Positions 9,940-18,187 of a DNA stretch of 56,324 nt are shown here, piece by piece. The DNA is from Candidatus Nanopelagicales bacterium (GTDB lineage: Bacteria > Actinomycetota > Actinomycetes > S36-B12), in NCBI GenBank assembly GCA_044345075.1, contig JBIJBU010000001.1:1-56324 (forward strand), given 5' to 3'. Numbering within the stretch: the first letter of the stretch is position 1; every line of letters begins with the position of its first letter. The position numbers were made by a program, and so were the translations under genes. The notes under the pieces were generated by a model, which was not told where the DNA came from, did no database searches, and saw nothing but the letters and a program-made list of their open reading frames with translations.

Positions 9940-11115
9940 TCAGCCGCGTTCCATCAGAAGCTTGCGATACGGCGCGAGTTCCGATGTCTTGTCGATTCCG
10001 ATAACACCGACGAGGCCTGAGTCGTCAAAGTACTCAGCGATGCATGCCTCATCGGCAGTGCCCGCAACGATCTCGATGCGCGTGGCGTTACCGGGCATGC
10101 CGAAGGACTGGATCTTGTGGCTGTACTGATCGGACCAGAACGATGGCATCGCGGTGAACGGGGTCTGCGAGACCTCGTCGCCCGCAAGCAGGGCGGCGAG
10201 AGTCTGACCAGCGCGCTTGCCCGTCTCGGTTGGCATATTCCAGTGCTCGATCCGACGCTTAGGCCCGGAGAAGAGTGCGTTGTGATGGCGGGCAATATCG
10301 CCGACTGCCACCACATTGATCGTGCCGTCAACGATCATCGCGTCATCGACCGAGAGCCCGTCGCCGAGATCGAGACCATTGCCATCGAGCCACTCGACAT
10401 TGGCCACCGAGCCCACGGCTTCCACGACGATATCGGCTGGCAGGACTGTTCCGTCATCGAGCGTGGCAGATTCGACACGGTCATCGCCGTTAAAAGATGT
10501 GACGGTGCGTCCGAGGTAAAAGTTCACGCCATTGGCTTCGTGTCGGCGACGCATCCCGGCACCCAGCTCGGCGCCCAACGGGCGAATCATCGGCTCGGCA
10601 TCGAGAGCGACGATGTTCACCTCGCAGCCAACCTTGCGAGCGGTGGCTGCAACCTCACAGCCGATAAAGCCGGCACCCATGATGAGCACCTTGGCGCCGG
10701 GAACGAGCGCCGCCCGAAGTGCGCGGGCATCCTCGGCTGTGCGCAATACGACTCGACCCGTCTGCGGGCCGGGGATCGGAAGTCTGCGGGGGCGAATGCC
10801 GGCAGCGACAGCGAGGGCATCGAACTGCAGAACAGTTCCGTCAGCGAGGGTGACGGTGCCCTCGTTGATGCTGGAGGTCACTGCAGGTGAACCGAGTTTC
10901 CAGGTGACGTCATCCACGTGGGCCTTGCGGCGGAACTCGAGATCTGCGACCTCGACTCCGCCCGCGAGCGCCTCCTTCGACAGTGGCGGTCGGTTGTACG
11001 GCAGATGGATCTCGTCACCGACGATGGTGACCTCACCTGCGTAACCTGACGCGCGCAGAGTCTCGGCTACGCGCAGACCGCCGAGGCCTGCGCCGATGAT
11101 GACGACGCCGGCCAT
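9940..11115 (-). CDS. FAD-dependent NAD(P)H:ferredoxin reductase (putidaredoxin-reductase type)
   Basis: The N-terminus is VVIIGAGLGGLRVAETLR...IVGDE.HLPYNRPPLSK. A second dinucleotide fold is VLIMGAGFIGCEVA. It sits 2 nt downstream of the ferredoxin gene. Confidence 0.85.
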   Translation of the reverse strand: MAGVVIIGAGLGGLRVAETLRASGYAGEVTIVGDEIHLPYNRPPLSKEALAGGVEVADLEFRRKAHVDDVTWKLGSPAVTSSINEGTVTLADGTVLQFDALAVAAGIRPRRLPIPGPQTGRVVLRTAEDARALRAALVPGAKVLIMGAGFIGCEVAATARKVGCEVNIVALDAEPMIRPLGAELGAGMRRRHEANGVNFYLGRTVTSFNGDDRVESATLDDGTVLPADIVVEAVGSVANVEWLDGNGLDLGDGLSVDDAMIVDGTINVVAVGDIARHHNALFSGPKRRIEHWNMPTETGKRAGQTLAALLAGDEVSQTPFTAMPSFWSDQYSHKIQSFGMPGNATRIEIVAGTADEACIAEYFDDSGLVGVIGIDKTSELAPYRKLLMERG

Positions 11116-11117
11116 GA

Positions 11118-11306
11118 CTAGGAGATCTCGATGGCCTGCATCGGGCAGACGTCAGCGGCGCTCTCGACATCAGCGCGACGATCGTCGGCAACCTCAGCGA
11201 CGTAGACGATGTGCCCGGCAGCATCGAGGGAGAAGACGTCAGGTGCCTCGAAGCAGCACTGGCCGTAGTGCTGGCACTTGTCCATGTCGATGGTGACCTT
11301 GATCAT
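11118..11306 (-). CDS. Small [3Fe-4S]-type ferredoxin of the kind that partners with P450s
   Basis: The 62-aa product is MIKVTIDMDKCQHYGQCCFEAPDVF...VCPMQAIEI. The C-x5-C...CP cysteine pattern is typical of actinobacterial P450 ferredoxins. Confidence 0.85.
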   Translation of the reverse strand: MIKVTIDMDKCQHYGQCCFEAPDVFSLDAAGHIVYVAEVADDRRADVESAADVCPMQAIEIS

Positions 11307-12184
11307 TACTTCTTCTCCTCAACGGTTGACGGGTAGAGATCCTTCGAAGGGGTGCGGATACCGCGGAACTCCCAGTCGCCGCCCTTGGCGGTCGAGATGA
11401 CCTCTTCGCTCTCGGTCGGCTGCGCACCGACATCGGTGCGAATGGGAGTGGGGCCTTCCACGATCACGTTGGTCAGCGAGCCCAGGCCCTCGACCTCGAC
11501 GGTGACGACATCACCGGGGTAGACCGTGCGCGAGAACGCCGGGGTGCCGGAGAACAGGATGTCGCCGGGCACGAGCGTGATGGTGCGCGCGATATCGGCG
11601 ACCAGGTAGTGCATGTCCCATTCCATCTCGGCGGTCGTGGAGTCCTGCTTCACGACGCCATTCACGATGGTGCGGATGCGCTTGTTGCGGAAGTCCCAGT
11701 CGGTGACCAGGCCCGGCCCGATGGGCGCCAATGTGTCAGCACCCTTGACCCGAAGCATCGAGCCGGCATCGGTATCGCGGAAGTCGTGCAGGCCGTAGTC
11801 GTTGCCGATCGTGTAGCCGGCGATGTACTCGCCTGCCTCATCGGGCGAGATGTTGCGGCAGGTCTTGCCGATGACGATGACGATCTCGCCCTCGTAGTTC
11901 AGCCACTTGCAGCCATTCGGGCGCACGACCGCGCCGTTGTGTGAATTGATTGCCGTGATGGGCTTGTGGAAGTACGTGGGAGCCGGCGGCAGCTTGGTCA
12001 TGAATTCCTGAGTACGCGAGTCGTAGTTCAGGTGAACGCAGATGATCTTCGTGGGCTCCACGGGCGCAAGGTGAGTCGCATCGGCGATCGCTACCACTCG
12101 GCCGTCGCCGGCAATGAGATTCTCGCCATCGCGCACGACCTGCACGGGTGCGCCATCGAGGAGGATCCTTCGGTATTCGGTCAC
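11306..12184 (-). CDS. Fumarylacetoacetate hydrolase (FAH) family hydrolase/isomerase/decarboxylase (HpaG-like)
   Basis: It has a duplicated-looking FAH fold. Motifs include KIICVHLNY, YEGEIVIVIGK, GYTIGNDYG and PGDILFSGTP. Confidence 0.8.
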   Translation of the reverse strand: MTEYRRILLDGAPVQVVRDGENLIAGDGRVVAIADATHLAPVEPTKIICVHLNYDSRTQEFMTKLPPAPTYFHKPITAINSHNGAVVRPNGCKWLNYEGEIVIVIGKTCRNISPDEAGEYIAGYTIGNDYGLHDFRDTDAGSMLRVKGADTLAPIGPGLVTDWDFRNKRIRTIVNGVVKQDSTTAEMEWDMHYLVADIARTITLVPGDILFSGTPAFSRTVYPGDVVTVEVEGLGSLTNVIVEGPTPIRTDVGAQPTESEEVISTAKGGDWEFRGIRTPSKDLYPSTVEEKK

Positions 12185-13095
12185 GCTTCTGCCCTTCGAG
12201 TTGTCCAGCCGGTGTCGGGTCGATCGAACCAGACATGAACCTGGCTCGTGCCAATGGAGTTTTCGTAGTCGCTGATCTGCACGCCCGGAGCTGAGAAATC
12301 ACGTTCACCGAGGGCAGCAGCCATCATCACGTAGTGCGCGAACTTCGCTTCAGGACGGACCTTGAGGAATTCCGGCATGGTGTCGAGCACGAGATCGTGA
12401 CGACCTTCCTTGAACCAGTCGAGACGCTGGTAGTCGGCCTCGCGGGCTTCCGGGCTGAAGATGTGCGAGGGATCGCTGGACTCGTGCTTGCGCAGTTCGC
12501 GCAGCGGATAGAACGTGTGCGACAGGGAACCGGTCGCGATGATGATGACCTTGCGATCGCTCTTGCGAATGGCTTCGCCGATTGCCCGACCCACGCGTAG
12601 GAAATCCTCGGTATCAGCGGTCTGACACACGCTCACCGAGATCCAGGACTTGTCAGGATTTCCCTTGCCGAGGTAACTCCAGATGTTCACGGAGGGGTAG
12701 TAGATCGGCAGGTAGTGATCATCATTCGCGGTGATCCAGGTGTCGTGCGGAGCACCCTCGGCTGCGATCAAGTGCGCGAGTTCGGGGTCGCCCTTCCAGT
12801 CGTAGGGAATGCGGCACATACCGCGCGGCAGCTCCTCGGCCGTGAAGAGACCCGAGCGACGATCCTGTGCGGTGACGATGAATTCGACTGTCGTGAACCA
12901 GTGCGAGTCGAGCAGCAGCACGGTGTCGTAGTCATAGGTGTCGAAGACGTCGCGGCGCAGTTTCTCGAGTGCCGGGACTAGCGAGATCTCCTTGCCCTCA
13001 TTGAGCTCGTAACGAGTCTCCTTCGGCAACATGATGGTCGGCACATGCGACAGCAGACCGGCTGCGACTACCTCACCCATGACTCCTACTTCCAT
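12181..13095 (-). CDS. Class III (LigB-type) extradiol ring-cleavage dioxygenase, HpaD/HpcB-like
   Basis: The N-terminal VAAGLLSHVPTIM, the ...LLLDSHWF motif and ATGSLSHTF fit the LigB/homoprotocatechuate 2,3-dioxygenase family. ATG 13080 is an alternative start. Confidence 0.75.
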   Translation of the reverse strand: MEVGVMGEVVAAGLLSHVPTIMLPKETRYELNEGKEISLVPALEKLRRDVFDTYDYDTVLLLDSHWFTTVEFIVTAQDRRSGLFTAEELPRGMCRIPYDWKGDPELAHLIAAEGAPHDTWITANDDHYLPIYYPSVNIWSYLGKGNPDKSWISVSVCQTADTEDFLRVGRAIGEAIRKSDRKVIIIATGSLSHTFYPLRELRKHESSDPSHIFSPEAREADYQRLDWFKEGRHDLVLDTMPEFLKVRPEAKFAHYVMMAAALGERDFSAPGVQISDYENSIGTSQVHVWFDRPDTGWTTRRAEA

Positions 13096-14546
13096 CCGTT
13101 CGGTGCGAACACGGTGTTCTTGACGTCAGCGTAGAAATCAAATGACCACAAGCCGCCCTCGCGACCGATGCCTGAACGCTTCGAGCCGCCGAACGGCGCT
13201 GAGAGATCGCGAACGAAGAAGCAGTTCACCCAGATCGTGCCGGCGACCAGGAACTTCGTGAAGGCCTCTGCACGCTCGCGATTGCCACTGACGACGCAGG
13301 CTGCGAGCCCGAACTCAGTGCCATTGGCGAGTGCCAGGCCTTCCTCGTCGGTGTCGAAGGTTTGCATCGTGAGAACGGGGCCGAAGACCTCTTGCGTGAG
13401 GATCTCGCTGCCCGCAGGTGCGTCGATCACGAGTGTCGGCTTGATGTAGTGAGTGCCGAGTGCGGAGTTCACTTCGCCGCCGTACGCGATCGTTGCGCCG
13501 TCGTTCTTCGCACGCTCGATGAAACCGGTGACGCGCTCCACATGCTTGAGGTGGATATTCGGCCCGATCTGGGTTTCCTCATCGCGCGGATCGCCCTGCT
13601 TGATCTGCGCAGCACGCTCAGCGAACTTTGCGGCGAACGCCTCGGCAATGCCCTTCTGTACGAGCAGTCGAGTGCCAGCAAGGCACACCTGGCCGGCGTT
13701 GTCGTACTGCTCGATCGCGAGCTCAACAGCGAGATCGAGATCGGCGTCGTCGAGGATCACTGTCGGGCTCTTGCCGCCGAGTTCGAATGAGCACGGGATC
13801 AGATTCTCAGCGGCTGCGCGAGCGACGGTCTTCGCGGTGGGCACCGAGCCGGTGAAGCAGATGCGCGAGACATCGGGATTCTCGGTGAGAGGTGCACCGG
13901 CCTCGACGCCGAAGCCCTGCACGACATTGAACACACCTGCGGGCAGGCCTGCCTCATGTGCGAGCTGTGCGAAGTACGAAGCCGTGAGCGGTGCCCACTC
14001 CGGTGGCTTGAGCACCACAGTGTCGCCCGAGGCCAGTGCCGGCCCGATGCGCCAGGTGGCGAGCATCAGTGGTGCATTCCACGGCGTGATGATTACCGCA
14101 ACACCGGAGGGATCCCAGGTGACGTGGTTGGTGTGACCGCGTGTTTCGAACTCAGGGTGCTTGAGATCGTTCATCGCGTAGTCAGCGAAGTAGCGGATGT
14201 TCATGACGACGCGGGGCATGACTCCGCGGCGATGCGAGCGCAGCAGCGAACCGTTGTCGTGAGTCTCGAGCTGGGCGAGCTCCTCGATGTGCGCCTCGAT
14301 GTTGTCGGCAACCTTGTGCAAGATCGCGCCGCGCTCCTGCGGGCTCAACTTGGCCCAGGCAGGGAAGGCGGCCTTGGCCGCGGCGACTGCGGCATCGGCT
14401 TCGGCGCGACCGCCTCGGCTGACCTGCGCGATCACGGTGCCGTCGATGGGGGAGACCGAGTCGAAGGTGTCGGCGGAAGCTACCCGCTGACCCCCGATCC
14501 AGTGCCGGGTATCAACCGTGACGCCGGCAACGGTGGCAGTCGACAT
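13086..14546 (-). CDS. NAD-dependent aldehyde dehydrogenase (HpaE-like ring-fission semialdehyde dehydrogenase)
   Basis: ALDH motifs are FTGSVPTAK, ELGGKSP and the catalytic CLAGTRL. I trimmed the start from 14684 to ATG 14546 (MSTATVAGVTVDTRHWIGG). Confidence 0.85.
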   Translation of the reverse strand: MSTATVAGVTVDTRHWIGGQRVASADTFDSVSPIDGTVIAQVSRGGRAEADAAVAAAKAAFPAWAKLSPQERGAILHKVADNIEAHIEELAQLETHDNGSLLRSHRRGVMPRVVMNIRYFADYAMNDLKHPEFETRGHTNHVTWDPSGVAVIITPWNAPLMLATWRIGPALASGDTVVLKPPEWAPLTASYFAQLAHEAGLPAGVFNVVQGFGVEAGAPLTENPDVSRICFTGSVPTAKTVARAAAENLIPCSFELGGKSPTVILDDADLDLAVELAIEQYDNAGQVCLAGTRLLVQKGIAEAFAAKFAERAAQIKQGDPRDEETQIGPNIHLKHVERVTGFIERAKNDGATIAYGGEVNSALGTHYIKPTLVIDAPAGSEILTQEVFGPVLTMQTFDTDEEGLALANGTEFGLAACVVSGNRERAEAFTKFLVAGTIWVNCFFVRDLSAPFGGSKRSGIGREGGLWSFDFYADVKNTVFAPNGWK

Positions 14547-14592
14547 CTGTGCTCTCATTCGTCGTTCGGAAAGTATGCTGATCGCAATTCTA

Positions 14593-14614
14593 GATCGTTC
14601 GGACCCTAACGGAA
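14593..14614. promoter_or_regulatory. Island operator motif, site 1 (GATCGTTCGG-AC-CCTAACGGAA)
   Basis: The left half matches the consensus perfectly and the right half matches 6/10. An extra half-site, cgTCGTTCGG, lies at 14561-14570. The site sits between the divergent starts at 14546 (-) and 14647 (+). Confidence 0.5.
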
Positions 14615-14646
14615 TACGGGTCCGGCCACCAGCCTTTGGAGGAATT

Positions 14647-15345
14647 GTGACCCGTCCGCGCATTGCGATCCTGGGCAGGTTCACCGAATCGGCGAGTGCC
14701 TTGCGCTACCGCGGTCTGGTCAGCTCCCGTGCCCTCCTGGAATACGTCTGGGCCGCCGGCGGCGACCCCATGACCTTGCTGCCTGGCAGTGACGCTGATG
14801 CTCTCGACTGGGAGGCCCGACTCCGGGGTTTTGAAGGAGTACTGCTCCCTGGTGGCGGTGATATCCGTCCGACTCGTTACGGCAAGGGTGACGATGATCC
14901 GACCCTGTACGACATGGACGACATGCAGGATGAGTCCGACTTCACACTTACCCGCTACTGCCTTGACCAGGGGATCCCGATGCTCGCGGTCTGCCGCGGC
15001 CTGCATGTGCTCAACGTGGTGACGGGCGGCACCCTTGTGGTGGACATGCCCGATCACCACCGTCATGTGGTGCACGACGTGACCTTGAGCGAGGGCGCTA
15101 CAGCCCTGGGAATCACGGATTCGCACGTGGCTGCGTCCTGCTACCACCATCAGGCGGTCGAGCGCGTGGGCGACGGGCTGACCGTCATCGGAATGTCAGC
15201 AGACGGCATCGTGGAGGCAGTCGTCGCCGATGCGAAGGCCTGGACAGTCGGCGTGCAATGGCACCCGGAGGACACCTACGCCAGCGATGAGCACCAGATG
15301 CAGCTGATGCGGCGCCTCGTGCAGGAGTCGTCGAGCGTTCTCTGA
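14647..15345 (+). CDS. Gamma-glutamyl-gamma-aminobutyrate hydrolase family protein (PuuD-like, peptidase C26 / class I GATase)
   Basis: The nucleophile motif is LAVCRGLHVLNV and the His motif is GVQWHPE. A GGAGG RBS precedes GTG 14647. I trimmed the ORF-track start at 14518 because it overlaps the divergent gene. Confidence 0.8.
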   Translation: MTRPRIAILGRFTESASALRYRGLVSSRALLEYVWAAGGDPMTLLPGSDADALDWEARLRGFEGVLLPGGGDIRPTRYGKGDDDPTLYDMDDMQDESDFTLTRYCLDQGIPMLAVCRGLHVLNVVTGGTLVVDMPDHHRHVVHDVTLSEGATALGITDSHVAASCYHHQAVERVGDGLTVIGMSADGIVEAVVADAKAWTVGVQWHPEDTYASDEHQMQLMRRLVQESSSVL

Positions 15346-15361
15346 CTAGGGCAAGGAACGG

Positions 15362-15853
15362 CTAATTCGCGGCTTGCGTGATGCGGCGCAGGATGTCGGC
15401 AGCCACGGGCTGCTCTGCCGAGGTGAGGTCGCGCACCACGTGGCGCTCAGCCTTGTTGAAGTCCGGGAAGAGCTTCTTCATCAGGCGCTTGCCCGAGGCA
15501 GTCAACTCGACCGTGACGAGGCGACCGTCCTTCTCGCCGCGCTTGCGCTCGACGAAGCCGCGGCCTTCGAGGGTGGTGAGCACCCCGCTCAGAGTGGCCT
15601 TGGAGACCCCGGCCTCGGAGGCGATCTCACGGGTCTCGGCGGTCTCCCAGATCCAGGCCACCCAGAGCACCACGAAGGCTGTCCAGGTGAGGTTGGACTT
15701 GGCCAGCACCGTGCGCTCCATGTGATTGCGGGCAGCATTGGCGGCGCGGAACAGGTTGGCGGTGACGGCCATGGCCTCGAAGTCGAGATCCATTCCGGCC
15801 AGGCGCGTAGCGACCTGGCTCTCGGTCTCGTCGAGAGTGTGCTGCCCGGGCAT
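15362..15853 (-). CDS. MarR family transcriptional regulator
   Basis: The product is 163 aa. The winged-helix region is EIASEAGVSKATLSGVLTTLEGRGFVERKRGEKDGRLVTVELTASG. Confidence 0.85.
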   Translation of the reverse strand: MPGQHTLDETESQVATRLAGMDLDFEAMAVTANLFRAANAARNHMERTVLAKSNLTWTAFVVLWVAWIWETAETREIASEAGVSKATLSGVLTTLEGRGFVERKRGEKDGRLVTVELTASGKRLMKKLFPDFNKAERHVVRDLTSAEQPVAADILRRITQAAN

Positions 15854-15867
15854 ATGGCCCCCATCTT

Positions 15868-15891
15868 GAGGTGAATCGTGAGGTGATTCGT
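15868..15891. repeat. Tandem 12-nt direct repeat GAGGTGAATCGT / GAGGTGATTCGT
   Basis: I read this directly from the sequence. It lies 15-38 nt upstream of the MarR start codon in the MarR/P450 divergent region and may be an operator. Confidence 0.5.
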
Positions 15892-15978
15892 GTGGCCTGT
15901 CGAGGCACGTGATCAGGAATTATTGCCCGAAGTCTGGCAACACTTCACATGAATCGCCACATCGGTCTACAGTACTCA

Positions 15979-16000
15979 GATAGTTCGGACCCGAACGATC
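15979..16000. promoter_or_regulatory. Island operator motif, site 2 (GATAGTTCGG-AC-CCGAACGATC)
   Basis: This is a 22-bp palindrome with one mismatch between its arms. It ends 18 nt upstream of the P450 ATG at 16019. Confidence 0.6.
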
Positions 16001-16018
16001 TTGAGTTCCGGAGGATTC

Positions 16019-17263
16019 ATGAGCACGCTGACCGATGTCACCCTGGCCGACCTGAGCCTCTTCGCTGATGGCGCCCCCTGGCAGGTCTTCGAAGATCTGC
16101 GCAAGAACTCGCCTGTCCACTGGAACGTGGAGGAGGCTCCGAACAACGGCTTCTGGTCGGTTACTCGCTACAACGACATCGTCGACGTGCTTCGCGACAC
16201 CGAGACCTACTCCAGCGAGATTGGCGCGGCCAATCTCGAGGAGCTCGACACTCGCCAGCTCGAAATCCGCAAGTCGATTCTGGAGACCGACGGCCCTCGT
16301 CACCGCGCCCTGCGCAAGATGCTGCAGCCGCAGTTCACCCCTCGCGCGCTCGCGGGCTACGAGACCTTCCTTCGCGGTATCACCGCCACGACCCTTGATC
16401 GTGCACTCGCCAAGGATCAGTTCGACTTCGTCGCCGACGTCGCCGCTGATTTCCCGATTCGCGTGCTGGCGCAGTTGCTCGACGTTCCCGAGTCCGACAT
16501 TCCTCAGCTGATCAAGTGGGGAAACAAGATGGTCGGAAATCAGGACCCCGAGCATGCCGATGTTCTCGCCGACAGCCCTGAAAGTGAGATGTACCGCGAT
16601 CTCCCGTTCCGTTCGCCGGCAGCTCTCGAGGTGTTCAAGTACGGGTACGAGCTCGCCTGGGGTCGCAAGGGTGGTAACGGAACCGACCTCGTGTCGGTGC
16701 TGATCAACACCGAGCCGTCTGACGGCATTGCTATCGATGCACGTGACTTCCGCAATTACTTCCTGCTGCTCGTCATCGCAGGCAACGAGACCACTCGCCA
16801 CACCATTACGCACACCATGAACAACCTGATGGCCAACCCCGATCAGCTTGCAATCCTTCGCGAGAAGCCCGAACTGATCCCGTGGGCCGTGGAGGAATTC
16901 CTGCGCATGGCTAGCCCGGTGCATCACTTCCGTCGTACCGCGCGGCACGAGACAGTGCTCAATGGCCAGGAGATCAAGGCCGGCGACAAGGTTGTCGTGT
17001 GGTTCGGCTCTGGCAATCGCGACGAGGAAATCTTCGCCGATCCCTACAAGTTCGACGTGCAGCGTCATCCGAATGAGCACATGTCCTTCGGCCGCGGTGG
17101 CCCGCATATGTGCCTGGGCAACTCACTCGCGCGCCTCGAGATCCAGATCATGTTCGAGGATCTTCTCTCTCGCGATGTTGATCTGATGCCCAATGGAAAA
17201 GCTGATTACGTGCTGAGCAACTTCGTGCACGGCTTCAAGCGCCTGCCGGTCAAGAAGGCGTAA
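16019..17263 (+). CDS. Cytochrome P450 monooxygenase
   Basis: The heme-binding loop is FGRGGPHMCLGNSLA, the I-helix is VIAGNETTR and the ExxR motif is EEFLR. A GGAGGA RBS precedes ATG 16019. Confidence 0.9.
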   Translation: MSTLTDVTLADLSLFADGAPWQVFEDLRKNSPVHWNVEEAPNNGFWSVTRYNDIVDVLRDTETYSSEIGAANLEELDTRQLEIRKSILETDGPRHRALRKMLQPQFTPRALAGYETFLRGITATTLDRALAKDQFDFVADVAADFPIRVLAQLLDVPESDIPQLIKWGNKMVGNQDPEHADVLADSPESEMYRDLPFRSPAALEVFKYGYELAWGRKGGNGTDLVSVLINTEPSDGIAIDARDFRNYFLLLVIAGNETTRHTITHTMNNLMANPDQLAILREKPELIPWAVEEFLRMASPVHHFRRTARHETVLNGQEIKAGDKVVVWFGSGNRDEEIFADPYKFDVQRHPNEHMSFGRGGPHMCLGNSLARLEIQIMFEDLLSRDVDLMPNGKADYVLSNFVHGFKRLPVKKA

Positions 17264-17280
17264 TTCATCCGAGCAATGAT

Positions 17281-17310
17281 GAAGGGCCGTCGACTACTCG
17301 CCGGCCCTTC
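17281..17310. terminator. Hairpin between convergent genes (probable bidirectional terminator)
   Basis: GAAGGGCCG and CGGCCCTTC form a perfect 9-bp stem around a 12-nt loop. The hairpin lies between the P450 stop (17263) and the GATase1 stop (17324). Confidence 0.55.
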
Positions 17311-17323
17311 GTCATCTCAGCTT

Positions 17324-18055
17324 TCAGTCGCGAACGAGATGCCCGAGTCCGGCCACGTTGGTGAGGAAGCTGTCGACGAGAGCATGGGCACGCTTCTGCG
17401 CCTTTGGCTCCTCGGCATATGAATAGGCAAGGAGAACATCGGGATCCTGACCGTCAGCGATGATCAAGTCGCGACCATCGCCCGGTGAGCTGTACCAGCC
17501 CTGCAGCATGTCGCCGGTGAGCTCGGGGTGGAACTGCAGTGCCAGGTTCTTGCGCAGAGTGAAGGCCTGCGACGCCCGAGAGGTGCGCGCGATCTCGGTG
17601 GCGTCCGGTGGCAGTACCCAGCGGTCATAGTGGAAGGAGAACCACGGCCCTTGGGGCACGAGTTCTTCGTCGTCGCTCCACACGCTTGTCCAGCCGATCT
17701 CGCAGTCTGGCGCGCGCCCGACGCCGCCGCCGTGCGCACGTGCCAGCAACTGACCACCGAAGCAGATGCCCATGACGGGCACACCAGCCGCATCGGCCTC
17801 GCGCAGCCATTCGACCTCGGGCAGGAGCCATGAGCCGATAGTGGAGTCATCCCAGGCCCCCCAGGGTGAGCCCATGGGGACGATGACATCGAAGGTGGTG
17901 GGGTTGGGGAACTCGTAGGTCACGACGCCGGGGGTGTTGTAGTGCGCGGCCTCGACGATGAGCTCTTCCACCACCTCAAAGCCGAGTTCGGCGAATCGCT
18001 CGGAGACGAGCCGGGGCGGGCTGAAGGCGTCGTGCTGCATGAATAGAACCCGCAT
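17324..18055 (-). CDS. Class I glutamine amidotransferase-like protein (GATase1), candidate gamma-glutamyl-amide hydrolase
   Basis: The nucleophile elbow is MGICFGGQLLA and the His motif is LQFHPE. I trimmed the start from 18391 to ATG 18055 (MRVLFMQHDAFSPP). Confidence 0.8.
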   Translation of the reverse strand: MRVLFMQHDAFSPPRLVSERFAELGFEVVEELIVEAAHYNTPGVVTYEFPNPTTFDVIVPMGSPWGAWDDSTIGSWLLPEVEWLREADAAGVPVMGICFGGQLLARAHGGGVGRAPDCEIGWTSVWSDDEELVPQGPWFSFHYDRWVLPPDATEIARTSRASQAFTLRKNLALQFHPELTGDMLQGWYSSPGDGRDLIIADGQDPDVLLAYSYAEEPKAQKRAHALVDSFLTNVAGLGHLVRD

Positions 18056-18111
18056 GCGGCAAATCCTCTCCCAAACTGGCCCCGCGGGAGGACGATTCGA
18101 CATAGGATTTC

Positions 18112-18137
18112 GAGATCGTTGGGGGCCGAACGATCTC
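18112..18137. promoter_or_regulatory. Island operator motif, site 3 (GAGATCGTTGGG-GG-CCGAACGATCTC)
   Basis: This is a 26-bp palindrome with 11/12 arm matches, the best copy. It lies between the divergent starts at 18055 (-) and 18188 (+). Confidence 0.65.
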
Positions 18138-18187
18138 TGACGATACTCACAAAGGCGAGAAACTCGCAACGGCGACAGGGGCAGCAC

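Noticed and set aside
14518-14646. The ORF track gives long N-terminal extensions for many genes. Examples are the starts at 14518, 14684, 18391, 18119, 22224, 25944, 33702, 49969, 49706, 53984, 6467 and 2362.
   Set aside because: The extensions overlap divergent neighbours or promoter regions. They lack family-conserved sequence, and an internal ATG or GTG with a GGAGG-like RBS begins the conserved part. I trimmed the starts accordingly and note each one in the evidence.
15920-17107. A 395-aa ORF lies antisense to the P450 gene.
   Set aside because: The plus-strand frame has unmistakable P450 motifs. The antisense product is a Val/Arg/Gly/Leu-rich sequence with no motif, typical of stop-poor reverse frames in GC-rich DNA.
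18140-18170. A possible GlnR box (cTcAc...GAGAAAC) lies upstream of GS-like copy 1.
   Set aside because: The spacing between the half-sites does not fit the gTnAc-n6-GaAAc architecture, and only one half resembles the consensus.
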